Positions 42,138 to 53,948 of a stretch of DNA of 64,000 nt are shown one piece after another. The stretch covers positions 32,302,001-32,366,000 of the forward strand of contig OZ231126.1 of assembly GCA_965153355.1 (NCBI GenBank). The letters run 5' to 3'. How positions within the stretch are numbered: the first letter of the stretch is position 1; every line of letters starts with the position of its first letter. Origin of the DNA: Flaccisagitta enflata. Lineage: Eukaryota. The notes below the pieces were generated by a model. It did not search any database and was not told the DNA's origin. It was given only the letters and a program-made list of their open reading frames with translations. Position numbers and translations under genes: made by a program.

Positions 42138-43276
42138 CGCTCCCTTCCTCTCATCCCGGCCACCACATATCTTCCCCCTGTTCGCGTTCCGTTTTTTGCT
42201 TCCACCTCCGTCCGCTTCTTTGCTTCTTCTCTCATCTTATCTTCCTTTTTCTTAGCCTCGTCTCGTTCCTTATTTGTTAGATCGAGAGCAACAAACACGC
42301 TTTTCCAATCATGGTCTTTTCTCCCAAGGAATCGCGCCTTTTGCAAGAGTTTCTCCCGTGTCTCGTCGTCGCTCACTTTTACAACCAGCGGCCTTGGTTT
42401 TCCTCCGTCTTGCTTCTTCCCAGCCCTATACTTTGGCTCGACTTCTCCAACTATTTCAACCTCTATTGCTTCGGCCAAATCCCTTACAAACCTCTCGTCC
42501 TCCACGACCCTTTCTGCTGCGCTTTCTTTCTCTGACTCCTTCGCTCCATAGATGACAATGTTACAAGCTTTCTCCTCCCTCGTCCTCATCTCCACCGTCA
42601 GTTCTTCCTTGAATTCTTTCTTCGCCTACTCCATCCCAGTTTCAATTTCTTTTTCCATAACGACTATTTGCTCTTTTACCTGGTCTGTGCCATTCTTCAT
42701 CCTTTCGAGTTCGGCCTTGACTTGCTGCAGCTCGAGTTCTGCGGTGTTAGCACGTGCTTCCGCGGCGTTGGCTCTCTGTTCCGCGTCACTGATTTGTCCT
42801 TCGATTCTCTCCATTCTCTCGTTCATTCCCTGGTCCGAATTAGTCTCCAGTTTGGCGACCTTCTCAATGAGGACCTTGTTTTCCATGATGACCGTCCTCA
42901 GTTGTATCTTCACGTCCTTCATTTCGTCTTTGAACTGGGTTTTTGTTTCCTTCCCTTCGTCTTTTACCGCCTTGATCAAGTCGGCTTGCTGGGTGAAGGT
43001 CGTGTTTGAGAAGTCGATGAACCTTCGGCAAATCAGGCAGAAAAACGGAGATATACCGTGAATTTTTGTCATAGTCCCGCAGTTTTCCGCGAACTCGGGC
43101 GTCATTCCATCTACGCAGGCCGTGTGGTAGTGGAAGCCACACGCTCCACCACACGGAAGACTGCTGCCGTTTCCGCTAACACATTCCTGAGCACACTTGC
43201 CATACGGATTCTTCGTCGTTTGCTTCCGCAGTCGAGTGCTGCCGCTGCTCTTGTCGTCCTGCATTGTTAGGCTCAT
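42098..43276 (-). pseudogene. LINE ORF1 (PHD finger, coiled coil, RRM-like), ~392 codons, interrupted by in-frame TAG at 42626-42628
   Basis: The 216-aa and 165-aa ORFs are in the same frame; PHD-like C..CGGAC..HYHTAC..CLIC; NIVIYG..RPLVVK..DLT motifs typical of CR1/L2 ORF1. Confidence 0.85.
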
Positions 43277-43333
43277 CGGGAGAGTGATGTTGTTGGCTCA
43301 GTGTCGCCTTTTTTACCGCGGAGTCGTTTTACG

Positions 43334-43620
43334 CAGCGTCTCGTCACAGCGCAGCGTCTCGTCACAGCGCGGCGTCTCGTCACAGCGCGGCGTCTTGTCA
43401 CAGCGCGGCGTCTCGTCACAGCGCGGCGTCTCGTGACAGCGCGGCGTCTCGTGACAGCGCGGCGTCTCGTGACAGCGCAGCGTCTCGTCACAGCGCGGCG
43501 TCTCGTCACAGCGCGGCGTCTCGTCACAGCGCGGCGTCTCGTCACAGCGCGGCGTCTGGTCACAGCGCGGAGTCACGTCACAGCGCGGAGTCACGTCACA
43601 GCGCGGAGTCTCGTCACAGT
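43334..43620. repeat. 18-bp tandem array in the LINE 5' UTR (~16 units)
   Basis: (GTCACAGCGCGGCGTCTC)n. Confidence 0.95.
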
Positions 43621-45067
43621 GCACTCGTCTTGAGTTTTTTTTCTTTTTTGATTATTCGAAAAGCACACTCGTCTCGAGTTCGAGTTTGAGTTTAGATCAT
43701 AAGTGCAGGGGAAGCAGTTTTCATAATCGGATTGAGTTTGTAATCCTTTGTCTGGCTCAAGATCGCTTGACCAAGGCGACCTCCAGCCGTTTTCGACGAT
43801 AACCGGGAACGCCTGGAGCCTGCCTTAATCAAGCAAATAAAAGAATTTTAGCTTTTAGCTGAAAGATATTTTGTTAGAGATAAAGAGATCTTAGGACTAT
43901 GTTCATCAATACTGCTTTTTGGCTGCTCATGAATAGCAAAATTTCATTCAGTGAATAAAAAATCCAGTGATTGAGTGAACATTCCATGGGCACATATGAA
44001 AGAGATTTTTTTGCCATAAATGGATTAGACTTGACACTAGCTTCATAATTCTTAAACCATAAATGAATCTTATCTGGCTGTTCATGAAGTACCAAATTTT
44101 ACCTTTTGATGAACAGTTTTGATCATAGAGTTATGTTACAGTGAAAACTGAAGATAATACACATTGGGTATGAAGACAAAATTATTGGTGGAGTGGATAT
44201 TTTAGCTGCTCATGAACGCGCTTTTTATGGCCCTCTCTGAACAAAATTGTTGGGCAAATGTCTCTTTCATGATGTTCATCAACACCTGTATGGCATTGTT
44301 GCTGAACAGGCGTTCATTCCCCGTTGCTGAACGCACCCAAATTCGCTGGCGGACTACCTGGACGAGGAAAGGGAGAAAAACTGTAGAATCATAATGGTAT
44401 TTTGGTATGCTAAGCAGCCTGATATCTACGTATACTAGTATCTTTTATCCTCTTTTTTTCCTCCTGTAAAAGATCGATGGGGAAAAAAGGGGTGGAGAAA
44501 TGAAAAAGAGAGTGTTAAGTAGGAGGAGTTAAGGAAAAGAGTCACGGAGCAAAGACGATTACAGAGGGAGCTCCGAGATTGAAACAAGGCCGGATACAAC
44601 AGACTTGAGACTGGACTTGAGAAATTATGCGAAAACCTACTACGATAGCCATATCATTCAAAGATAGCTATGATGCGATAGCCATACCGTAAAAGATCTG
44701 TGTTCCGATTAGTGAGATTCAAAAGACTAATCACTACTGGACAGCGAACACGAATCAAGACGTATGCGACTAGAAGAACAACAAGGCTAGTTAACAGTTA
44801 GTGCAAGAAAAAAAGAAGCTCGTCCATGGCAAAAAAAAATATGAACGGATAGATGGATGGATGGACAAGTATACGGGTAGAAAAGCGGACAAATTGCAGA
44901 TAGACCCGCGTTAACTCTCATGAAAAAAGTCGTAAAACGATTTTCTAGAATAGACAGGTGAAAGACAAAGCAAAACAGGTGAAAGAACAAGAAATTATGC
45001 ATGCAGATCAAGGAAGAGATAGAAGGAATAAAAGAACCAAAACAATTTGAAAAGGTGGAAAAGACAG

Positions 45068-45174
<107 letters not shown>

Positions 45175-47559
45175 CCTGATCAAAATGCTCATCCAGGAGT
45201 AAAACTAGAAGAAAGGACACCCCTTGGGTTCACAGATTCCAAAAAGAAGGGACGTGTTGCAACTGGGCCGACTCAAAATAACATCTTTGCATAGCTTTAA
45301 CAGCTCAAATTTGCTTTTTGATAGTTACAAAAAAATCGCCAACAGATAAGGGAACAAATCATCAGTCCCTTAACAAATTTTAAGATTTCCTTTGTTTGTC
45401 ATGTGGAAATATGTCTCTCGCTAAAACTTTTTCGGCAGTCTCTTGGAATCGGTTTTACTGTAAATGAACTGCATTTGTATAGTTGCACACAAAGAAAAGG
45501 TTTGTCCGTAAGTTAAGGTTTTATATCATTTATAAGTTATAACTAGCGAGTTAGTAGGTAATTTGATCGCACATATTGGAGAGATGAAAAAGGCCCCGAA
45601 CCAAAAAAAGATTTTTGGTGAATTTCGAGGCGGAGCAGAATAAAAAGCTAAAACGATAAAGAGTGGAGGAAAAGAATGACAATAAATAAAAGAAGAGAAT
45701 GACGGTTAATAGTACTTTGAAAACCGAAAGAAGAAGAGGATGAGGTGAAAGAAGAAGAAGAATCGAAACTCCAAAAAAGGAGAAATCCCATCAAAATGGG
45801 CGCCTTTTGTCCCAAATGTCGTTAAAAAGTTCATCCAAGGATTTTTGACTTATGAGTTATGGAAAAAGAGAGGAAAAGAGGAGCGAAACCGGTGGGAGGG
45901 AGGAATGAAATGAATGAAAAGAAATGAATGAAAAGAAATAAATGGATAGAAATGAATGAAGAAACGTGAACCATACCAGAAACAAGAATGAACAATAAAT
46001 TACAAGCAATAGAATAAAATTGAGCTAAGAAAAAAAGAGAGAACTTACAAGCGTAGGATGACAATGGTGGATAAGGCGTAAGGCAATCTAAGGCATTAGA
46101 CCTAAACCCATGGTCATGTGACATAAGGTGTGCGGCGTGAAAAGGTGTGTACTACAGCGTGGAAAAATAAACAAACAAGAACACAAAAAAAGTAACAAAA
46201 AAACAAGGCCGGATACACGGCCAATACCAGTTGCGGACGGGTGGGCAGGGGCGGAAATGAACGTTTTCACACTTTCCAACTCGATCACCACGGACTGACA
46301 AACGACGGGCCGACGGACGGACGGACCGACGGACGGACAGACGGACGGACAGACGGACGGACGGACAAAGAAACGATGAAGAAACAATGAAAAAACAAAG
46401 AAACAAAGAAACAAAGAAACAAAGAAACAAAGAAACAAAGGAACAAAGGAACAAAGGAACAAAGAAACAAAGAAACAAAGAAACAAAGAAACAAAGAAAC
46501 AAAAAAGTCAGTATACATCGAAGATGATAAAAAGTGAGGAACCCTCGCGAAGGGATAAGGAGAGGGTAAAATAAAAAGAAGAAGAAGAAAAAACAATTTT
46601 TCAAACAACACAATGGAAGAAGACGACTGCAAAAGCATGAGTGAAATTTTCACTGCGTCAGGAATTTTTTTTTTTGTGTCCCCCCCCCCACAAAAAAAGA
46701 ATGTTGTAATGAAGATTTCGGAAAAGGGCTAGAAAAATGAGAATGAGGACATTAAAAACGAGAGAATAAAAAAAGAAAAGCAAAATTTGAATAAAAATGG
46801 GGAGAAAGTTAGAGAGAAGGGAACGTTGTAAGAAGGTGATGACCTATGCTTTCACGCAAATGGGGAACTTTCTTCTCTTTCTCCTTCCCTCCCTCCCTCC
46901 CTCCTCAAACCCTAGTCTCGAGGCCCAAATCCCCGTCTTGTGGTCCAAATCCCAGCCTCGAGGCCCAAACCCCAGACTGGGAGAAGAAGAAGGAGAAGGA
47001 CATGAAGGAGAAAATTCCCCATATGTGTGAAAGCATAGGACGTCGACCCCTTTGGGGCCGCTGCCCAAAAAAGGTGGGAACATGGGAAAGTGGCAAAGCA
47101 GGAAAGCGGGATAGGTGGAAGGTGGAAGGAGAATTGAAAACGACTAAGGCTGACGAAGGACGGTTAGTACAATTTTACGACAGAGTCGTTGGAGCAAAAG
47201 AGGATGAAGAAGGCCGAGTGCAGTGGGTGTTTCAAGAGGTAGAGGGTGTATTAAGGATAAGAGGTAGCTTGCTGAGGGAGAAACGGTAAGGACGAAAAGT
47301 GGAAGAATAAAGATATTCTGATGAAACAAGAAATAGAAAACCAATGTGAATTATTTCAGTTGGGTCGTTCTTCGTTCGTCTCTCAAAAGGTCTTAAAGAA
47401 GGTTTTCACTCAGGACCATTTCGATTTAGTCACAGTTACAGAAAAAGTTTTGTGACCAACAAACGGATCAACAAATTGATGGACGGGGCAATGAATTCGC
47501 ATGCCCCCAAAAAACAAAAGGCTCAACGCGGGAATACGTTACTTGATGAGAATATTGAT

Positions 47560-47624
<65 letters not shown>

Positions 47625-48337
47625 TATTGATTGAACATTCCAATAGATCCGTCTCAACGTGAAGGGAATTGTAGGATCGGTGGTGGCGAACTGGGAGTGG
47701 TCGAAGAGGAGGAGGAAGAAATGTAGGACGAGGAGGAGGAGGAGGAGGAAGAAGAAGAAGAAGAGTAAAAGGAAGAAACGAAGGATTTTTGAGTTTCTCG
47801 CTCACGCTTTGCCAAATATCCCAAGCACGTGCGAAGAAACGCATTAAAATGGTTGACAGTATGTCCCATTCAAGCGCTGCCGTTCGCCTTGCAGAATTGT
47901 CTTGTTATTATTACTGGCTCTTTCTAAGGTTGCTGTACGCCTTGCAGAATTGCGTCGTTACCATTCAACGGCAACCATTCAACGGCAACCGTTAGCCTGG
48001 CAGGATTACCCTGTTATCATAACTGCCCCGTACAAAGGCTCCTGTGCGCTTCGCAGAATTAGCTTGTTATCGTTACAATCCAATTCAAACGCTGACGTTT
48101 GTCCCACTCAGTTGCTGTCTTACTTCCTTTCATTCTCAATTTTCCAATCGCCGTCTCACCCACTTTTTTGTCCCATTGGAACGCAGGCATTGGTTTATAT
48201 TCAGCTTTACGCCATACTTTTCTATATCTTAGAATCTCCATACTTCACAACATAAACCACGGCAGTGTTTTTGTTTTCGCTCTTTTTTTTCCGTTTCTAT
48301 TTTGAATCGTCAAAACACTATTGATGATACTCATAAC

Positions 48338-48547
48338 TAGGGATGTGGAAGCGGTTGACCTCTTCCATTTTGGTGGGTGAGATAGCTACTAGTATTTGAA
48401 CTGAAAAATGAAAGCGAAAGCGGAAGCGGATGCGGAAGGGGTGGAAGCGGCAGAATCGGCGGAAGGGGCGGAAGCGGAGGAAGGAGCGGAAGGGGCGGAA
48501 GCGGCGGAAGGGGCGTAAGCGGTACAATAGTCGCTTCCACATCCCTA
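48338..48547. mobile_element. 210-bp hAT-like MITE
   Basis: TAGGGATGTGGAAGCG / CGCTTCCACATCCCTA; near-TSD CTCATAAC vs CTCAAAAC. Confidence 0.75.
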
Positions 48548-48809
48548 CTCAAAACGCAATTACTGGTTTTCATGCGCTCAAACTACGACCGGTACAACAA
48601 ACTGCGGCTGAATGAGGTCGCTGTCACTGTGCCACTGCCACGAGGATCCGACTATCAATTTTACCCACATCTTCGTGATCATTACCGCCAATCTTATTAA
48701 CATCATTACATTACCGCACCATTACCACATCCATCCGTCACGTCATACTAGATACCACTAGTGGTACTGGCCCAGCATCAATCCACATTGTTCCCGGTCT
48801 CTCTCTGTC

Positions 48810-48897
<88 letters not shown>

Positions 48898-50946
48898 CAG
48901 GTTTTCCTGCCTTTCTCCTGACATTTCGTGCTGCTATTTTTGGAACTTGTTTTGTCCTTTTGTCTCAAGGCTCGTTACTATCTTTGTCTCTCTACTCGTT
49001 ATTTCATACGTCGCTTTCTCTGTCTCAAGGCTCGAGAATAACTTTGTCTCTCTCCTCGTTACTTCATATGTCGCTTTCTCTGTCTCAAGCCTTGTCACTA
49101 TTTAGCTTTTCAGTCTTGGGCAGTGGCTCTAAGTCCAAAGGGCCGGTTTCATGTGTTTTTAGGGGGTTTGGGTGGAATTCTCTTATATCTGTAAGACTGT
49201 GTGTGCTTCTCCATTTCTTTATCAATCCATACATCCCCCATTTTAGGATCCTTAAGCCTGTATTTTAGGGCTTTCGACTTTTAGCCTCAAGAGTTGAAAT
49301 TTGGACTGAGTTTGAGATTTTGAGCCGAAATGTCCCAAATGTCTTGAATGTGGGATGTCAGTCTCGAGATAACATAAATATTTGCTCTACACAATGAAGC
49401 TTATTTTACTAAGGGCACGGACACCGCTCGGCTGGCCGGTTCCATTATTGTTTTTTTTTTACTTCTTTTCCTTCTTTTGCCCCGCGGCCAGAAGATGTCG
49501 CTGCTGCGACGTTGCAGCCATTTCTCTTTAGTTGATTTTACGGCCATTTGTCGTAAAAAAAAAGACGTTATCTAAAATCAAAAGAAAGAACCAATCAACT
49601 GAAATGACAAAATGACCAAAAAAGGTAAATTATGACCCCAAGGCATTTAGGTATAAGGAAAACAACAGAAAATACTGGAAATCAGTAGATATTCGAATGA
49701 AAATCCATACTGCCCACATTGGGAAAAAAGATCTCTTTAAAAACTGCATACTTATTTGACTACAGGTCGTCAAATGACACACATTCTTGAACAAAATACG
49801 TGGAAATTGCACCAGATCCTGGAAAACGATTGAGGGTGGCAAATAGCAATTCTCGAATGTGGGGCAATGTGAAAGTGTCAAACGTACCGATGGTAGAAGG
49901 AGGTGGTGATGGAGAAGAATAAGAAGGAGGAGGAGTAGGAGGAGGAGGAGGTGGAAGAGGCAAACGAGGAAGAAGATGTCAAACCTGCTGATGGATTTTC
50001 CGCTAAATAATAAAGTCTGTTGTTGCTCAATGGTTCAAAGTTATTCTAAGTCATTCTAAGATGAATGAAGTCAATTAGGTAAGTCAATCAGGCCAATTTA
50101 GTCAATTATGTCATTTTACATCATTTTTAAGTTATCTTTAGTCATCTTGATTCATTTGGAATCAATTTAAGTCACTTATGTCCCCCACGCGACTCATAGG
50201 TGTTGGCCATGTTAATTCTTGAATTTAGATGTTAGTATATACAAGAAAACATTCGTACAAAATGATGTTTTGACAATATCCTTAGTACTACAGATTATAG
50301 TGAGTCACTACCCCGCGTACCAATAAAAAAGACGCACTTTTGAATGGCTTATTGTAGCACCAAATTCAATAAAACCTAATGAAATTCTAGAACATTGGAA
50401 AGCCCTTTGAAAATACTTTCAGATGTTTTCTACCTTTTTTAGTCGCGTGCACGCGACTCTACAATGCGCTTTGTCTGCCCATCTGACCGACCGTTGGTCT
50501 GTTGGTCCTTCGGTCAAACTTTACTTTCTTCATTACTTTTAGTTATCTAAGTGTTTAGGTCAAAACAGTGTTGAAGTCATTCTTAGTCATTATAATTTAT
50601 TTTAATCATTTTATGTTTATCAGGAAAAAAAGTCCGAGTCAGACTTTTGACATGTTGGAAGAACAGGGTTTTCATTTTCTTTATCACCGAAAGTTTAGGG
50701 CTCTCCTAGGGGCGAATGGGCCCTCCAATGAAATTGATAGCGTAAGTAAATTTGATAATTCTCTTTTATTTGGCGCCAAGCAGAATGCTCTACGACAAAT
50801 ACTTTTTGCGCTATGATTTTTTAAAGATTTATTTACGAAAAATTCAAATGGAATTTTTTTAGATTTTTTTCGATTTTGTGTTTGATCAATGAAGGAGTGT
50901 ATTTATGTTTACTTGAGCATGCAAATACAAGAAAATATGTTTATGA

Positions 50947-51311
50947 AGTATGACATTGAAGTCATACGGACTGAAAGAAAGACGAAATTTCTTTGGAATT
51001 TCTTGGTTTACTCTTTAATTTTATCATTCATATAAAATTAACAATAAAATATATAAAACAACAACAAATAAAGGGCATTCTGTACGCTTAATGTTCTCTT
51101 ACCTGAAAGAAAGACGAAATTTCTTTGGAATTTCTTGGTTTACTGAAATTCCAAAGAAATTTTCGTTTATATATCACCCGCATTAGAAATCTGTAAAGTT
51201 TGTGGTGTAATACGTCAATTGCTAAATTAAATAGGGGTCCCTCATATTCTTATAAAGGACATTCTAATATTAGGGTGTTTCAAGTGGGTATAAGGAGTCC
51301 TATTCCATACT
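50947..51311 (-). repeat. 3' LTR
   Basis: AGTATG...CATACT termini; 3 mismatches vs the 5' LTR by eye. Confidence 0.95.
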
Positions 51312-51319
51312 TCCCCCCT
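51312..51319 (-). other. Polypurine tract
   Basis: Minus strand AGGGGGGA immediately before the 3' LTR. Confidence 0.75.
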
Positions 51320-51601
51320 GTTGACCAAAAAAAACCATTAGTGTGAACTAGGTTTTTTTTTCCTTTTTCAAATTCCCGGAATTTTAAAACAAAGTCGATC
51401 TCCTTTTACCCACCTAAAAATGAAAAACCTCAGAAATGCGGGCGTTTGCGTAACAATAACAATCGTTGAACGAACGGAAAATAACGGTCACGTTTTAACT
51501 TTATAAGTCACGACTTATAGGTTTGGATAGTAACTAAGACAGAAAAGGAGAATTCTAAATATCCAAATTATCAATCAACAACCCTTCCAACCAAAAGAAA
51601 C

Positions 51602-51608
51602 TATAAAA
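51602..51608 (+). promoter_or_regulatory. TATA box of antisense accessory gene 1
   Basis: TATAAAA ~80 nt upstream of GCCATC-ATG (51681). Confidence 0.55.
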
Positions 51609-51680
51609 GACTCGGCGTTTGTTAGGTTACCAAAATTCTTTTCTAATCATTTCTCCGCTTGATTACTGCGACAAGCCATC

Positions 51681-51841
51681 ATGAACGAATATCTCTTTCT
51701 CGCGTTGGCATCTCTTCTCTTCACCATGGGAATGGCTTCTGAATCAAATGAGCAAACCCTTGAGGATTACGTTAAAGATCCAGTTCCCTCGAATAAGTGT
51801 TTTCAAAAATTTGAGGGCTATTTGGAAAGCGTGGGCTACAG
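51681..51841 (+). CDS. Accessory gene 1, exon 1: signal peptide + start of ectodomain
   Basis: MNEYLFLALASLLFTMGMASESNEQ...SVGY; consensus donor AG|GTAAGT at 51842. Confidence 0.75.
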
Positions 51842-52007
51842 GTAAGTGGGGGGGGGAGAAAATTTTGAACACAAGATTAATGCAAAAGTTAGTTTAAGTT
51901 ATTATTACCTTCCTCGCCATGGTAACATATTAATTAGTTCAGGCTTGCATTAAAATCAAATACTTCTATTTCTAAAGGTTAACATGCCTGTCAATCATTG
52001 ATTTTAG

Positions 52008-52320
52008 GAAAGATGGGGATGCTTGTCAATTGATTGTTTATCGCACGGCTACTGGAAGAACCACTACTTCTCGATGTTTACCAGTATCAGAGAAGTATCT
52101 CAAAACTGAGTATAAAAAAAAAGTATTACAGAATACTGACGATGTCGAATATCTTCAATTTGGCACCATTGCCCTGGTGTTGCTCGATATTATTCTCACC
52201 ATATTCAAAATTTTTCAACAAAAGTTACAAACAACGCAAATCCTAGCAAATCAAGGCAATGCTCCCAATACTCCAACACCACTAAGACGAAACAGTCAGT
52301 ATGCCATACAAAACGTGTAA
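52008..52320 (+). CDS. Accessory gene 1, exon 2: rest of ectodomain, TM helix, cytoplasmic tail (spliced protein 157 aa, type I membrane protein)
   Basis: Acceptor ATTTTAG| at 52007, phase-compatible (AG|G = Arg), joins the 52030-52320 frame; TM FGTIALVLLDIILTIF. Confidence 0.75.
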
Positions 52321-53370
52321 ATCAGCATGCTCAGTCATTCGACAGTCGGGAAAAAAGGTAAAGTTCATACAGAGTAGTGAAACAATGGGAAATTAAGCAT
52401 GAGAGAAAAGGATAGAAATCAATAATTTGAAATTTGATTTCACACCGACCCCTTTTTCCATTTCCTTGATCAAAGTCCAAAGCTGGCAGCTGATTTAGCC
52501 AAATTTACTTCATTGGTCACTCATTTTATTCTAACTCCTGCCGTTTTCAATTCGTTTTTATTCTCAAGATTTTCCATTTGGGAACTAAATCATCAATCGA
52601 AAAAAAAAATATAACCATCATCGACTTCATGTCGTAAAAAAAAATATAGGAATTCCATAAAAAAAAAATACGACTACAGTACTGTCTGCGCATTTTCAAT
52701 CACTCCCAAATACCATCTGGTAAGGGCTTAGTGAAAATCCTTTATCCTTCAGACTAAAGAATTGATAATCTGGCACGTCCCTAGATAGCGCCGGGGGCAT
52801 ACTATCCTAAATAATACCGGTTTTTCAAGGGCTCACATTCACTGTCGAGACCTTACTTTAATTCGCCCCCCTGGGGTTAGCAAATTCTTTTTCTTTTCTT
52901 CTCTTTTTTCTTTTCCGTAATTTCTTTAGCCACTTATTTCCATGACTCTAAAATTAGACGCCCTCTCTGATCAACTTCGAGCTGATTGTCATTTGTTTCT
53001 TTGATTCATTTACTACCGCTCATTCACTCCCCCGTTCATACATCGTTCACTATTCATCAATCAGCTGTCAACATTCGTTCGTTTACCTGGCCAGGTTCAT
53101 TCATCACATTCATTCATCGTTCACATTTCACATTCATTGATCATCAGAGCGTCTCTAATATTAAACACTGATTGTTCTATATTCTCATTTTACAGGCTCG
53201 TATTTCTGTCTCAAAAGAAGCGGCTTTATATTACATCTTCTTTTTATTCATTTTCTTTTACTTCATTTCTTTTCTTTCTTTTAACAGCGAACGGCGGTTT
53301 CTTCTTTCTTTTTACATTTAGAGGGAATTTAATTTAAATTTGTTTCAAAAGTCATTATTCAAAATTCAAA

Positions 53371-53802
53371 ATGGCAAACTTTTCCCTTTACACGGGAAGC
53401 TCGGTTGATGATTACTTCTACGAAGAATCATCAACCACGCTTCCCAGTCCAACGGTTGCGTCCGTCCAACCGGACTCTGAGGCGGTGACATGGGGCTCGG
53501 TCGGAGGGGTCATCGGTGCCCTGATGTTGGTCTCAGGGGTCCTCGTAGCCCTCAGGCGCAAACTGGCAGCGGTGGACCGTTTCTTGGCCACCCTGCAGTC
53601 TGTCCCCAGGGCTGCGTTGGAACTTCTGAGGCCCCATCAGGCCCAAGACGCCTCCACCAGCCCCATGGCCACGCCAGCTGCCAGTGGCGTTCCGTTTAGG
53701 AACGCCACCGACAGTGCCAGAGCCCGAGTCCAAAATATTGAGATGCGAGGACTCGCCCCCCGCCATTGCGATGAGAATAATGCCCGTTCGCTGTGGGTTT
53801 AA
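53371..53802 (+). CDS. Accessory gene 2: 143-aa single-pass membrane protein (type III-like; FAST-like architecture)
   Basis: CAAA-ATG-G start, GC-rich ORF in AT-rich flanks, NFS sequon, Ser/Thr-rich N-terminus, Gly-rich TM, RRK, amphipathic helix; AATAAA at 53915. Confidence 0.75.
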   Translation: MANFSLYTGSSVDDYFYEESSTTLPSPTVASVQPDSEAVTWGSVGGVIGALMLVSGVLVALRRKLAAVDRFLATLQSVPRAALELLRPHQAQDASTSPMATPAASGVPFRNATDSARARVQNIEMRGLAPRHCDENNARSLWV

Positions 53803-53914
53803 ATTTTTCCCCACTTAAGATTTTCTTCCCCACTTTCCCCTTAAAGGGTTTTTAATTCAAAATTTTTCTAATTATTTCATTCTTTCATTTCTTGATTTTA
53901 TCCAAAATTTTGCT

Positions 53915-53920
53915 AATAAA
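53915..53920 (+). terminator. Polyadenylation signal for the antisense cassette
   Basis: AATAAA followed by an A-rich tract that ends 7 nt before the pol stop codon. Confidence 0.55.
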
Positions 53921-53948
53921 AAAAATACAAAAAAAAAAAAATACTGTC

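Larger units (their letters stand above)
39141..43825 (-). mobile_element. Near full-length CR1-clade LINE
   Basis: 5' UTR with 18-bp tandem array, ORF1, APE-RT ORF2, 3' (CCTTA)n tail at ~39141-39162; 5' boundary approximate. Confidence 0.9.
38757..44360. mobile_element. hAT-like MITE split by the CR1 LINE insertion
   Basis: TIRs TAGTCCGCCAGCGAATTTGGG..AACGGGGAATGAACGC / GCGTTCATTCCCCGTT..CCCAAATTCGCTGGCGGACTA; 8-bp TSD GACGAGGA at 38749-38756 and 44361-44368. Confidence 0.8.

Noticed and set aside
39334-43061. Plus-strand ORFs overlapping the LINE
   Set aside because: Antisense shadows of ORF1/ORF2
43334-43620. CRISPR-like periodicity (also 9265-9595)
   Set aside because: No unique spacers, no cas genes, eukaryotic context; plain tandem repeats
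53137-53337. Possible alternative exon 2 for accessory gene 1 (acceptor 53195 is in frame)
   Set aside because: Hydrophobicity is explained by T-rich sequence; no independent support
51312-53948. env gene on the element's sense strand
   Set aside because: No long minus-strand ORF; the 93-aa one merely shadows accessory gene 2
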